Assembly (NCBI GenBank): GCA_963728565.1
Contig: CAVSLC010000010.1
Location: 1 to 64,000, forward strand
Source: an uncultured delta proteobacterium
Lineage (GTDB): Bacteria > Desulfobacterota > Binatia > UBA9968
DNA: 64,000 bases
Direction of reading: 5' to 3'
The notes below the pieces were generated by a model. It had not been told where the DNA came from and did not search any database. It worked only from the letters and a program-made list of their open reading frames with translations. Position numbers and translations under genes: made by a program. Shown in pieces: positions 1-13,393 of the stretch. Position 1 is the first letter of the stretch; each line of letters begins with the position of its first letter.

Positions 1-278
1 CAGGCGGCTCCGCCGGGCTGTTCTCGTGATGCAGCAGAGCAGATTATCGATTACATGACCTGGTGGACATTTCTGGGCATAGCCTCCCATTGGTTTTCCT
101 CACATCCGCCGTTGGTGTTTAATCTCGCCCGTGAAGGCTTGCGTCGCTCCCCGCGATGCGGTGTCTGGCAGACCCGCGTCCGGCGGGAATATCCCTTTCT
201 CTACTGGCAGCCGGCGTGGCTGGCCTGGCGTTTGTGTCGCGTGGCGCGGCGATTCCGCCGTCTCCTGCCATTAGGACG

Positions 279-282
<4 letters not shown>
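1..282 (+). CDS. 3' end of an upstream gene of the polysaccharide cluster (partial, function unclear)
   Basis: Frame 1 is open from the window start to TGA at 282, which overlaps the next ATG (ATGA 279-282). Confidence 0.5.
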
Positions 283-2670
<2,388 letters not shown>

Positions 2671-2781
2671 ATAGTTATTCAAGATCAAAATTCACGACGC
2701 GTCAGCGTGCGACCGGAAGCGGACTTTAAGGAAGGGGCGCCTGGAGTCTGAAGATCGCAGAAGTATCAGAGATCTGAAAAA

Positions 2782-3715
<934 letters not shown>

Positions 3716-3957
3716 AGTTTTTTTAACCGAAACCGACGATCGCTTCGAACTTCGGCTTGTTAGTGGCAGCCATATTCACCGTCGCAAACGATTTACCGCT
3801 GCCGACATTCCTTCTTGTAAACGGATGCGGTCAGTATGACATCCAGCTGCTGAGTCTATTCCTCCTATTTCGTGGTTTCACCACTTTCATTACTTTCGTA
3901 AGGCAATCGTCATGGGCCGCAGAGCCAAGGGTCAAGACAGCACTTGAGGCAAATTAC

Positions 3958-5885
3958 ATGTTGAAAGAAATCATACTCAGATATCGCCGGATTCCGATTG
4001 TCGGGTTTCACATGGCAATGATTGTTCTGGCCAATTACCTGGCTTTCTGGATCAGATTCGACGGCTTGATTCCGGCTCATGAGAAGGAAGTCATGCTGCG
4101 GATGATCCCGTGGCTGATGTTGATCAGGGGGCTGACATTCGTTCCATTTCAGCTCTATAAAGGGCTGTGGCGCTATACGGGTATCTGGGACCTTCGCAAT
4201 GTGATCGGCGGGGTGCTCGCGAGCACCCTATTATTCTACATCACAGTTCATTGGATATTTGGAATCAGAAACTATCCTCTTTCGATTTTTATCATTGACT
4301 CTCTTCTGCTCATTTTCCTTATGGGCGGCAGCCGTTTGGCCCGCCGTTTGTTTTACGGCCTCGGGCAGACCAAGGAAGGGCGACGGCTGCTGATCTATGG
4401 TGCGGGAGACGCCGGGGAAATGATCGTTCGTGACATAAGGAACAACACTTCCTTTCATAGCTACCATCCCATCGGATTTGTCGATGACGATCAGAAAAAG
4501 ATCGGCCGCAGAATTCATGGTGTTCAAGTCTTCGGCAGGAGAGAAGACCTGCCGCGTATCATCACAGAGGAAAAGCCCGATGATCTTGTGATCGCCATCC
4601 CATCGGTCAAGCCGGCGATGGTCCGTGAAGTGGTCAAGATACTCGAACCTTTCAAGATCCCGATCAGGACCCTTCCCGGATTAGCGACTTGCGAAACGGC
4701 AACGTTGGGGTCAAGCAGATTCGCGATCTAGCCATTGAAGATTTGCTGGATCGGCTGCCGGTGGGTATGGATCTCGAACCGGTGCGGGCGTTGGTGAAAG
4801 GCAAACGGATTCTAATCACCGGCGCGGGCGGCTCGATCGGTTCCGAACTGAGCCGGCAGATTGCACGATATCAACCGGCGCATTTGGTGCTTTTAGATAA
4901 TAGAGAAAGCGCGCTTTACGATATCGACATGAGCTCAACGCTCGATCCCGAGCGTCGACCGGGTGGCGGTACTTGCCGATATCAGAGACGACGAGCCGAT
5001 CGAAGAAATTTTTGCATCCCATGCGCCGCAGATTGTTTTTCACGCGGCAGCCTACAAACACGTGCCGATGATGGAAACATCATCCTAACGAAGCGGTCCT
5101 CAATAATGTCGTCGCCACCAACCGGCTGATGCAGCTTGCCGATTCAAAACAAGTCGAAAGGTTCGTGCAGATTTCCACGGACAAGGCGGTCAATCCAACC
5201 AACGTCATGGGAGCTACTAAACGGGTCGCTGAAATGTGCATACAGGCTGATGGCAAAGAACGAACAAGGCGGCAAACGATTTTCTCAGCGGTGCGCTTTG
5301 GTAATGTGTTGGGCAGCAACGGCAGCGTGGTGCCGTTGTTTCTAAAACAAATCGAACAAGGCGGGCCCGATAACCGTCACGGATCCCGAGATCAGCCGCT
5401 ACTTCATGACCATTCCCGAAGCGGTATTGCTGGTGCTCCAAGCGGCGACGCTTGCTCAAGGCGGTGAGATTTTCGTCCTGGAAATGGGCGAGCAGATCAA
5501 ACTGATGGACATGGCGCGCCATCTCATTCGTCTGGCCGGATTCATTCCGGACGAGGACATCCCGATCCACGTCGTCGGCCTTCGCCCCGGTGAAAAACTC
5601 CGTGAAGAGTTGGTCGGCATGGACGAGATGCTGATCCCTGCAGAGGTTCAAAAAATATTTCGGGTGCAATCTGCGTGGCTTGCGGATCTGCAGTTTCTCA
5701 CAGCCAAAATCGACGAAATGGAAGAGATGGCGCTTAAAGGCCAGTCCCGGCGAGCTTTAGCTTTGCTGTACGAGACCGTACCGACATTCCGGCCGATGGA
5801 TCCCAAGACTGCAAAGCAAATCCGTCAACTAGGAACAAACAAAGAACCGACCCGCGCTTGGAAATTGGCGAGCCGCTCCGCTTGA
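3958..5885 (+). CDS. CapD/PglF/WbpM-type nucleoside-diphosphate sugar dehydratase with N-terminal membrane domain (frameshifts ~4690, ~4935, ~5080, ~5370)
   Basis: Four TM segments, [91 protein letters not shown]. Confidence 0.9.
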
Positions 5886-6270
5886 TGGATTCAACCAAGG
5901 CAATGATCATTGGAATCGGAGTGTGCTTAGCCGATCACGGAAAGCGATAAAGACCAGGTCATTAGAATCCTTGTACTTGCATTTGGGCTGCCTGCTTAGG
6001 GATGGAAAGAGCAACAAGCTGGAATAGCGTATCTTAGTTTGCATCGCCGGGCCACCAATCCGCATGATCGATGACTACCTCGTGAAAGCAACAGAATTCG
6101 GGCCATTGTTGAGCGAACGGTCGGTAGGCATCATTTGGAAAACCTTGCTGCTGCCCGGGCCAACTCTGCCGAAGCTCGTGTTGATTCCGCTAAATATTTC
6201 ACTGCCTCAATATTGCCGCATTCAATAATTTCTCGTTGATATTAAAAAATCGTGTCGAAAGGGGAGTTCT

Positions 6271-7635
6271 ATGAATTATGATGCAGAGGCTGCGATATCT
6301 TCCAGGGAGCAGCCCATCACTCATCGATCGCAAATGGGCCGGGAGCTCAAGAAGAAGATTCGCGATCGTTCTGCTAAAGTGGGTGTCGTCGGTCTTGGAT
6401 ATGTCGGATTGCCTCTGGCTTTGGAGATGGCTCGGGCCGGGTTCGAAGTGACCGGTATCGATCTCGTTCGTGACAGAGTCGATTCGATTAATTCCGGTAT
6501 CTCCTATATTCCTGATGTGACTGGCGAGGCTTTGCTCTCGGCTGTTTCGGCCAACAGGCTGCGAGCAACTCAGTCGCTTTCGGCGGCGGAGAAAGTCGAT
6601 ACTCTAAATATTTGTGTGCCCACCCCGTTGCGAAAGAACAAGGATCCGGATCTTTCCTACGTCATCGCGGCAGTCGAGGCGATCCGGACTCACATACGGC
6701 CCGGCCAACTGATCATACTTGAGAGTACGACTTATCCCGGTACAACTCGGGAGGTGGTGTTGCCGATCCTCGAAGAATCGGGCCTCAACGTCGGTCGTGA
6801 CTTCTTTCTCGCTTATTCTCCTGAACGCGTCGATCCCGGCAATCAGAATTATACTACCCGTAACATTCCCAAAGTAGTCGGCGGCGTAACTCCGAGATGC
6901 GCCGAGATAGCGGTTCTACTTTATGAGCAATTCGTGGAAAAGGCGTTGCCGGTATCCTCCACCGATTGCGCTGAAATGGTAAAGCTGTTGGAAAACACCT
7001 TTCGAAGCGTGAATATCGCTCTGGCCAATGAAATGGCTTTGACGTGCCATTCGTTGGGCATCGATGTTTGGGAAGTTATCGAAGCGGCCAAGACCAAACC
7101 TTTCGGGTTCATGCCGTTTTACCCGGGCCCAGGATTAGGTGGCCATTGCATTCCGGTGGATCCCTACTATTTGACATGGCGAGCCAAGATGAATGGCTGC
7201 GAGCCACGGCTGATTGAGTTGGCCGGACACATCAACAGCCAGATGCCGGGATTCACTGTATTAAGCATCGCCGATGCGTTGAATGAGAGGCGTAAGTGTT
7301 TGCGGGGCGCCAATATTCTCGGCTTGGGAATCACCTACAAGCGTGATACCAACGATGTCCGGGAATCACCGGCCGTTCATGTGCTTGAAGCGCTGCGTAA
7401 AAAGGGCGCTTCGATCTATTATTCTGATCCCCACGTGTCGTCGATATCGATTGCTGGTCAAACGATCAACTCGGTAGAACTGACCGCTGAACTCCTGCAG
7501 TCAATGGACTGTGTTGCTGTTCTCACCGATCATTCCTCTTTCGATTACTCGCTGATTGCGCAACACAGTTCACTCATTTTCGACACCCGTAACGCGCTTA
7601 AAGATTTCCCCAGCGCTAACTCAGTTCTCTTGTAG
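6271..7635 (+). CDS. UDP-N-acetylhexosamine/nucleotide-sugar dehydrogenase (WbpA/WecC family)
   Basis: VGLGYVGLPLA, ICVPTP, ESTTYPGTT, YSPERVDPG, KLLENTFRSVNIA, GGHCIPVDP, DVRESP. Confidence 0.92.
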   Translation: MNYDAEAAISSREQPITHRSQMGRELKKKIRDRSAKVGVVGLGYVGLPLALEMARAGFEVTGIDLVRDRVDSINSGISYIPDVTGEALLSAVSANRLRATQSLSAAEKVDTLNICVPTPLRKNKDPDLSYVIAAVEAIRTHIRPGQLIILESTTYPGTTREVVLPILEESGLNVGRDFFLAYSPERVDPGNQNYTTRNIPKVVGGVTPRCAEIAVLLYEQFVEKALPVSSTDCAEMVKLLENTFRSVNIALANEMALTCHSLGIDVWEVIEAAKTKPFGFMPFYPGPGLGGHCIPVDPYYLTWRAKMNGCEPRLIELAGHINSQMPGFTVLSIADALNERRKCLRGANILGLGITYKRDTNDVRESPAVHVLEALRKKGASIYYSDPHVSSISIAGQTINSVELTAELLQSMDCVAVLTDHSSFDYSLIAQHSSLIFDTRNALKDFPSANSVLL

Positions 7636-7732
7636 CATTCATCCTCCTGGATTTGTACAAGTCCCTCCGCTCGTGAACCAAACTTTCTTCCTCGCCATAT
7701 AGAATGGCGGCTACTGTAACACGAGGCCAATC

Positions 7733-8208
7733 ATGAGAGAGCCATCGATCGAAGAATTAACGGATGAGGCTATGCAGCTCCTGCCAATGGGGCTTGAGGA
7801 GCTATACATGATATTGGGGGCTCAGCTGTTAATTTCGGCCAAGCCCACCCGAGTGGCGGGAATCATGACCTATCTATCTGCTGCCAGGAAGGCAAAGGAA
7901 GCCAAGGAGCTTTATGCTAGCTCGCCAGTGACGCCGACGGCAGCTGATTGGAGCGCCGGACTGGAATCCATTTACAACGAGCTGATCACGATGGCGTCCA
8001 ATACATCGAGGAGGTGAAAGGACAACTTCGCAGGGGTGTTTGCAACGAAGACATCTTCGCGCTTTCGGAGAAAATAGACAGCTCAGGTATGCAGATAGTG
8101 GTAATGGTAATCGGCGCGGTTTTGAAGATGCCGCCGCAGTTTGAAAATATATCCGCTGTGCTGGCAGCGATTCTCTACAAAATAGGTTTACGCGAATTCT
8201 GCAGGTAA
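7733..8208 (+). CDS. Hypothetical protein, probably one gene split by a frameshift near 7990
   Basis: Two overlapping ORFs join as ..IYNEL-x-HDGVQYIEEVKGQL..; GAGG upstream of the ATG. Confidence 0.5.
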
Positions 8209-8252
8209 TCTCCTTCAGGATCCTGATCAGCCCTACAACGCTTTACCCGATG

Positions 8253-8302
8253 TGTGCCGCATATGGCACATCGCCATCGATCGATGTCCCGAACTTACGA
8301 CA
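8253..8302. promoter_or_regulatory. Tandem TGT-N12-ACA palindromes (candidate bEBP upstream activator sequences)
   Basis: TGTGCCGCATATGGCACA (8253-8270) and TGTCCCGAACTTACGACA (8285-8302), 32 bp apart, 68-100 bp upstream of a sigma54 site. Confidence 0.65.
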
Positions 8303-8351
8303 AATCCTGCCGTTCGGAACAACAGCCGTGCCCGTACGAATCACAAGCTTG

Positions 8352-8367
8352 AGGCATATAGTTTGCT
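8352..8367 (+). promoter_or_regulatory. sigma54 -24/-12 promoter
   Basis: AGGCATATAGTTTGCT = GG-N10-GC. Confidence 0.65.
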
Positions 8368-8382
8368 GTTAGGTGTTAGTCA

Positions 8383-8571
8383 ATGAATGCAAGCGGTCCA
8401 ATCTGTGAGCATTGTGGTGAATTGTACGAAGGCAGAGCTTATCGTGTGACGAGCGAAGAGGATGGCATCCTCTTGCTGGACATGATTGTCTGTCATTCGT
8501 GTTCTATTGAGGCGCGTAGGTTAGGCCTCGATACCAGAAAACACGACATTCGTCACATCGCTTTCAACTAG
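8383..8571 (+). CDS. Small CxxC...CxxC zinc-binding protein (62 aa)
   Basis: CEHCG ... CHSC; lies just downstream of a sigma54 motif. Confidence 0.65.
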   Translation: MNASGPICEHCGELYEGRAYRVTSEEDGILLLDMIVCHSCSIEARRLGLDTRKHDIRHIAFN

Positions 8572-8637
8572 TTTTACTTTTGAGCTCCTATTCAGATAAA
8601 CCCCTAATCGTCAGAGCGGATTAGGAGATGGTTTCTC

Positions 8638-9804
8638 TTGCCGTTCATTATGCCTATGAGCAAACCAAGGACCTTGTCGCGTAATAAAATGAAGCAAACT
8701 GTGGCGTTAAACGCTGCGGAGTATCCGGACAAGGTCAAGGACCTAAGAGCTGGACTGATCGAAGCAGGTACTGCGATTGAATTCTTGCCTTATCCCGCGG
8801 CGCTCTGGAGCTTAGATCGCCATTCATGTTTTTTTAACGACGATGCCCGCGAGTTGTTGGGTTTTTGCGAACATGACTTCAAGCAGGATGCGGCGCTTTG
8901 GTTGGAGCGTATTCATCCCGAAGACCGTAAGGAGTTTTTGCGCGCGTGGCAGAGTCTGCAGGCGGGCGAAACCAGAGTTTCCTCGCGCTACCGGTTCCAA
9001 CCCAAAAACCGAAATCAGGTGCTTCGGTTAAGAGAGGCTTCTTTTCTTTATACGAGCAGCGGAGCGGAAAAGCCCACTGTTTGGACGGTTTACCTCGAAG
9101 AGCTGGCCTCGGAGAGCTTGTTTCGCGGCACCGGCCAAGTCCGCAACTTTGTGCGCGGCTTGACCCACGAGATGGGTAATAATCTTCAGGCGATCCGCGG
9201 CGAGCTGGACATCCTTCGATTTTCTCATGCAATTCCGAAAGACGGCGCGGAGACAATTTATCGGGGAATAAACCAAGTTCGAAGGTTAGTCCACGAGATC
9301 GAGGAGTATCTCTTTCCGTCATCAGTCGAGCCTAAGACGGAGGATCCGGCGTCCGTGTTAGCCGAAGTCATTCAGAGCCGCGAAAAAGAGATGGCAGCGC
9401 ACGGGATTCGCACCGGGATAAAGCTCAAGCAGTCTCTTCCTAAGGTGCCGCTGGACTTACACTTCGGCAGAGCTCTCACCAACGTCATTGATTTTTCGCA
9501 AGCGCTTCTTTCCAAAGGCGGCGAACTTAATATCGAAGCCGGCGTGTGCCGGCAGAACGGGGAAAACTACATCGAGTTGAACATCGTTAGCTCGTCGGAT
9601 ACGTCACTGCAGGTGGAGGAAGGCGACGTATTTCGACCCTTTGCTAATGTTAATGGCCATCGCGCCGGCCTCAGTATGGCGGTGGCGCAACAGATTCTGA
9701 AGCGCCATTTTGGGAAGATCGTGTTTCGCAAAGAACAATCGAATCGCGGCGTATTCTCTCTGTTGATCCGTGTGCCCAACACTGCGCTCCCTGGTAAGAA
9801 TTAG
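8638..9804 (+). CDS. PAS + HisKA protein with a degenerate HATPase domain
   Basis: PAS_3-like WLERIHPEDR; H-box THEMGNNLQAIRG; N/G1/G2 boxes are degenerate. Confidence 0.8.
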   Translation: MPFIMPMSKPRTLSRNKMKQTVALNAAEYPDKVKDLRAGLIEAGTAIEFLPYPAALWSLDRHSCFFNDDARELLGFCEHDFKQDAALWLERIHPEDRKEFLRAWQSLQAGETRVSSRYRFQPKNRNQVLRLREASFLYTSSGAEKPTVWTVYLEELASESLFRGTGQVRNFVRGLTHEMGNNLQAIRGELDILRFSHAIPKDGAETIYRGINQVRRLVHEIEEYLFPSSVEPKTEDPASVLAEVIQSREKEMAAHGIRTGIKLKQSLPKVPLDLHFGRALTNVIDFSQALLSKGGELNIEAGVCRQNGENYIELNIVSSSDTSLQVEEGDVFRPFANVNGHRAGLSMAVAQQILKRHFGKIVFRKEQSNRGVFSLLIRVPNTALPGKN

Positions 9805-9806
9805 AT

Positions 9807-11333
9807 ATGCCATTAGCAGAAATCGACAAATCTCGAACTGCCGGGTGGGCAGCTGGCTCGGGCAAGTCGCTGGCCGGCAACTCACCAGTCCAGCCAAGCA
9901 GCGCCATCAGCTCTTTGATTCCCAACGTGCTGGTCGTTGACGATGATGCGACGATCCGCAGTCAGCTGGTTCGTCTGTATAGTCATAGCGGATATACGGT
10001 GGTGCCGGTCTCCTCGGCTGAGGAAGCGCTGACACAGCTTGCGCAAGGCAATATTGATTTCGTTATAACCGACATCAAGCTGCCCGGGTTGAGCGGCATT
10101 GACCTGATCGCCAACATGCAAGAGAACTTTCCCGATGTGCCGGTGATTGCGATTACCGGGTTTAAAGACATCGATACCGCGGTAAACGTGCTGAAGCATG
10201 GCGCGGCCGATTTTGTGGTCAAGCCGTTCGATCTGGGCACGGTACAGGAATCGACGCGTTTAGCTCTGGAGAAGACCCGGGTCTACATGGAGATTCGCCA
10301 TCTGCGTCGGGGTCTTAAGAACGGCTCTGAGTTTGGCGGCATGCTCAGCAAAACGGCCGAGATGCATCGGATGTTCGAAATCATCCGCATGGTAGCGCCC
10401 ACCGAGATGACGGTCTCCATCGAAGGAGAAACCGGCACCGGTAAGGAGTTAGTGGCCAGCGCGGTTCATTATCATAGCGGGCGGCGCGACAAACCGTTTG
10501 TCACGATTAACTGCGCCGGCTTTCCCGAATCCCTGCTCGAGAGCGAGCTTTTTGGATACGAACGCGGCGCCTTTACCGGCGCGGTACAAGCCAAAGCAGG
10601 AAAGATTGAGCTAGCCCACGGCGGCACCTTGTTTCTCGATGAGATCGAGAGCATCTCAGTGGTCATGCAGGGCAAATTGCTCCGGGTGCTGGAAGATCAG
10701 AAGGTTCAGCGGCTCGGTGGCAGCGCCGATATCCACGTTGACATGCGCGTGATCACGGCCACCAATGTGCCGCTCAAGCAGCTTGTCGCCGAAGGCAAAA
10801 TGCGCTCGGATTTTTATTATCGGGTAAATGTCATCCCGATCCACCTGATCCCGTTACAGCAGAGAAAGGTGGATATTCCCCTATTGGTTCAGGATTTTCT
10901 CCATCGCCATCCGGTGGCCGCGGGCAAGGGGATCACCTCGATTTCCAAGCAAGCGATGCGTCGGCTGCTAGACTACTCCTGGCCGGGCAACATTCGCGAA
11001 CTGCAAAATGTTCTCGAGCGCGCCATCGTTCTCAACACCGGCCGAACCATCGAACATGTCGATCTGCCGGAAGTCAGCTTTGAGGCGCATCCAAGCAGCG
11101 GCGGCAACGCCTTTAACGCCCCGCTCAACCAATGGCTGCAGGAAAAAGAAAAGGAGTATCTGGCGCAAAAACTCGATGATTTCGGCGGCAACGTCGGACT
11201 CACCGCAAAGAGCTGCCGGATCGGCGTGCGCACCCTTTCTCGTAAGATGCGCGCTTACGGCCTCGATAAAAAGCTGTTCAAACAAAAAAGCGACGTTGCA
11301 AAAGCTATCCTACCCAAGACAGGCCAGGCCTGA
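9807..11333 (+). CDS. NtrC/AtoC-family sigma54-dependent response regulator (REC-AAA+-Fis HTH)
   Basis: REC VLVVDDD/ITDIKLPG/VKPF; GETGTGKE; ESELFGYERGAFTGA; GTLFLDEI; WPGNIREL; C-terminal HTH. Confidence 0.95.
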   Translation: MPLAEIDKSRTAGWAAGSGKSLAGNSPVQPSSAISSLIPNVLVVDDDATIRSQLVRLYSHSGYTVVPVSSAEEALTQLAQGNIDFVITDIKLPGLSGIDLIANMQENFPDVPVIAITGFKDIDTAVNVLKHGAADFVVKPFDLGTVQESTRLALEKTRVYMEIRHLRRGLKNGSEFGGMLSKTAEMHRMFEIIRMVAPTEMTVSIEGETGTGKELVASAVHYHSGRRDKPFVTINCAGFPESLLESELFGYERGAFTGAVQAKAGKIELAHGGTLFLDEIESISVVMQGKLLRVLEDQKVQRLGGSADIHVDMRVITATNVPLKQLVAEGKMRSDFYYRVNVIPIHLIPLQQRKVDIPLLVQDFLHRHPVAAGKGITSISKQAMRRLLDYSWPGNIRELQNVLERAIVLNTGRTIEHVDLPEVSFEAHPSSGGNAFNAPLNQWLQEKEKEYLAQKLDDFGGNVGLTAKSCRIGVRTLSRKMRAYGLDKKLFKQKSDVAKAILPKTGQA

Positions 11334-11743
11334 ACCATCCCGCAGATTTAGCTCACCGTTTCCGGCATCCCTTCTCTACTCTTCCTACGAGATCTTGTTC
11401 CATCGACGTTTGAATCCGTGCCGGAGGTGCGCGGGCTGAGAGTCTCAACTTGCTTCCATAATATATTAGTATTGTATATCGCCGCTCTAATTTGCTAGAC
11501 ATACGGCCAAGGTTCTTCTGTTACATGCCGGATTGCTGCACTCAAACACAGAAGCCTTCGCTAAAGCATTTCCCCCGCTGGTTGGCCGGCGCCAAGCAAC
11601 CATGAGAGAGAAGACCGATTCAGGTGCCGAGCGGCGGGTTGAAGGGCTATTGCGAACTAATTCAATGCAGTTTGTTCGAGATGTTTGATCATTCTGCGCA
11701 ATAAACTTCACAATCAACATCAAGACGGACGAAGAGAGGAACG

Positions 11744-12604
11744 ATGACAGAACAGCAGTCGAAAGTGGCTCACCTTTTAAGAAAAAACGAACGAGATGTT
11801 TTACAGCAGTGGTTGTCGTACCAGATCTCCGCGACAACAATGCGAGCCGATTTGATCAAGGAGAGCGATTTGCGCGAGGAATCGCGTCGCTTTCTGCAAC
11901 TCTTTACCGCGGTTATGCAACAGAACGGGGATGACGAAAATGCCGGCTCCTGGAAATCGGTCAAAGACATGCTCGGCGAAATATCGCGCAGCCGGGTTGC
12001 CCAGGGTTTCAGTCCGTCTGAAACCGCCACGTTCGTTTTTTCGCTCAAGCAGCCGATCTTCGATATGTTGCGGCGCGAGATACGCGACGTTGAAGAACTG
12101 TGCCGCGAGATCTGGGCGACCACGGCTCTGCTCGACAAGCTCGGACTGTACACCACGGAAGCCTACCTGCAGAGCCGCGAGTCGATCATCTCGCGCCAGC
12201 AGCAAGAATTGATGGAGCTATCCACTCCGGTGGTCCAACTCTGGGACAATGTCCTCGCGCTGCCACTAATCGGTACGCTCGACAGCGAACGCACTCAAGT
12301 GGTGATGGAGAACTTGCTCGAGAAAGTGGTCGAAACCGGCGCCTCCATAGCGATCATCGATATCACAGGCGTTCCCACGGTGGACACGCTGGTTGCGCAA
12401 CATCTGTTAAAGACCGTGGCCGCCGCTCGGCTCATGGGAGCCGATTGCATCATCAGCGGCATTCGTCCGCAGATCGCTCAAACCATCGTTCACCTGGGCA
12501 TCAACCTAGCCGATATCATCACTAAAGCGACCTTAGCCGATGCATTCGCCATTGCCCTGCAGCGAACTGGAGCCAAGGTGACGCGCCTGAGCGGCAAACA
12601 GTGA
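11744..12604 (+). CDS. rsbR: Stressosome sensor RsbR (N-terminal RsbRD_N-like domain + STAS)
   Basis: ELSTPVVQLWD..LPLIGTLDSERT..IIDITGVPTVDTLVAQHL..ISGIRPQIAQTIVHLG. Confidence 0.93.
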   Translation: MTEQQSKVAHLLRKNERDVLQQWLSYQISATTMRADLIKESDLREESRRFLQLFTAVMQQNGDDENAGSWKSVKDMLGEISRSRVAQGFSPSETATFVFSLKQPIFDMLRREIRDVEELCREIWATTALLDKLGLYTTEAYLQSRESIISRQQQELMELSTPVVQLWDNVLALPLIGTLDSERTQVVMENLLEKVVETGASIAIIDITGVPTVDTLVAQHLLKTVAAARLMGADCIISGIRPQIAQTIVHLGINLADIITKATLADAFAIALQRTGAKVTRLSGKQ

Positions 12605-12609
12605 GGTGA

Positions 12610-13002
12610 TTGATGGAACGGATTCCAATCCTGAAAATGGGCGGCTTTCTACTCGTGACTATTCAGGTGGACATGCACGATCGCTTGGCAATGACGCTTC
12701 AAGAGGATTTGACCGAGCGTATCGTCAAAGACCACGCGCACGGCGTGTTGCTTGATATTTCCTCGTTGGAAATCGTCGATTCGTTTATCGGCCGTATGAT
12801 CGGCCACATTGCCGGCGTCTCCCGCGTGCTCGATGCCAAAACCGTGGTGGTGGGAATGAGACCTGCCGTCGCCATTACGCTGGTAGAGTTGGGCATGACG
12901 CTCGATGGAGTGAGCACGGCATTGAATGTCGATACCGGTATGGCGATGTTGAACGCCTCGCTGGAAGAGAGGGCACAACTTAATGGTGGTTCTCAAAGAT
13001 GA
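12610..13002 (+). CDS. rsbS: Stressosome scaffold RsbS (STAS)
   Basis: IPILK..DISSLEIVDSF..VVGMRPAVAITLVELG. Confidence 0.93.
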   Translation: MMERIPILKMGGFLLVTIQVDMHDRLAMTLQEDLTERIVKDHAHGVLLDISSLEIVDSFIGRMIGHIAGVSRVLDAKTVVVGMRPAVAITLVELGMTLDGVSTALNVDTGMAMLNASLEERAQLNGGSQR

Positions 13003-13393
13003 GACTGCTTCAATTCGGAGTTCTGACGACATCGTCAAGGTACGCCGGATTGTCCGAGAGTGGGCGGTATCGCTGGGGTTCAGCTTAGTGGATCAGACCA
13101 AGGTTGTCACCGCAGCCAGCGAGTTGGCGCGTAATGTCATCGATTACGGTGGCGGTGGCGACTTCCGGATCGAGGCGCTCAACAATGATGCCCGGCGCGG
13201 GCTGCGGCTGACGTTTTCCGATGAGGGACCGGGTATTGTTGATCTGGAACAGGCAATGAAGGACGGGTATACCACCGGCGGCGGATTGGGTCTCGGGCTC
13301 GGCGGCGCCAAGCGGTTGGTAAACGAGTTCCTGATCGATTCGAAACCGGGGCGAGGCACTACTGTGGTGATTGTCCGCTGGAAGAATCTATGA
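12983..13393 (+). CDS. rsbT: Ser/Thr kinase RsbT
   Basis: DIVKVR..GFSLVDQTKVVTAASELARN..DEGPGI..DGYTTGGGLGLGL. Confidence 0.93.
   Translation: MVVLKDETASIRSSDDIVKVRRIVREWAVSLGFSLVDQTKVVTAASELARNVIDYGGGGDFRIEALNNDARRGLRLTFSDEGPGIVDLEQAMKDGYTTGGGLGLGLGGAKRLVNEFLIDSKPGRGTTVVIVRWKNL

Noticed and set aside
8603-8637. Hairpin CCTAATC/GATTAGG overlapping AGGAG (RNA thermometer?)
   Set aside because: Short stem and uncertain start codon; insufficient support
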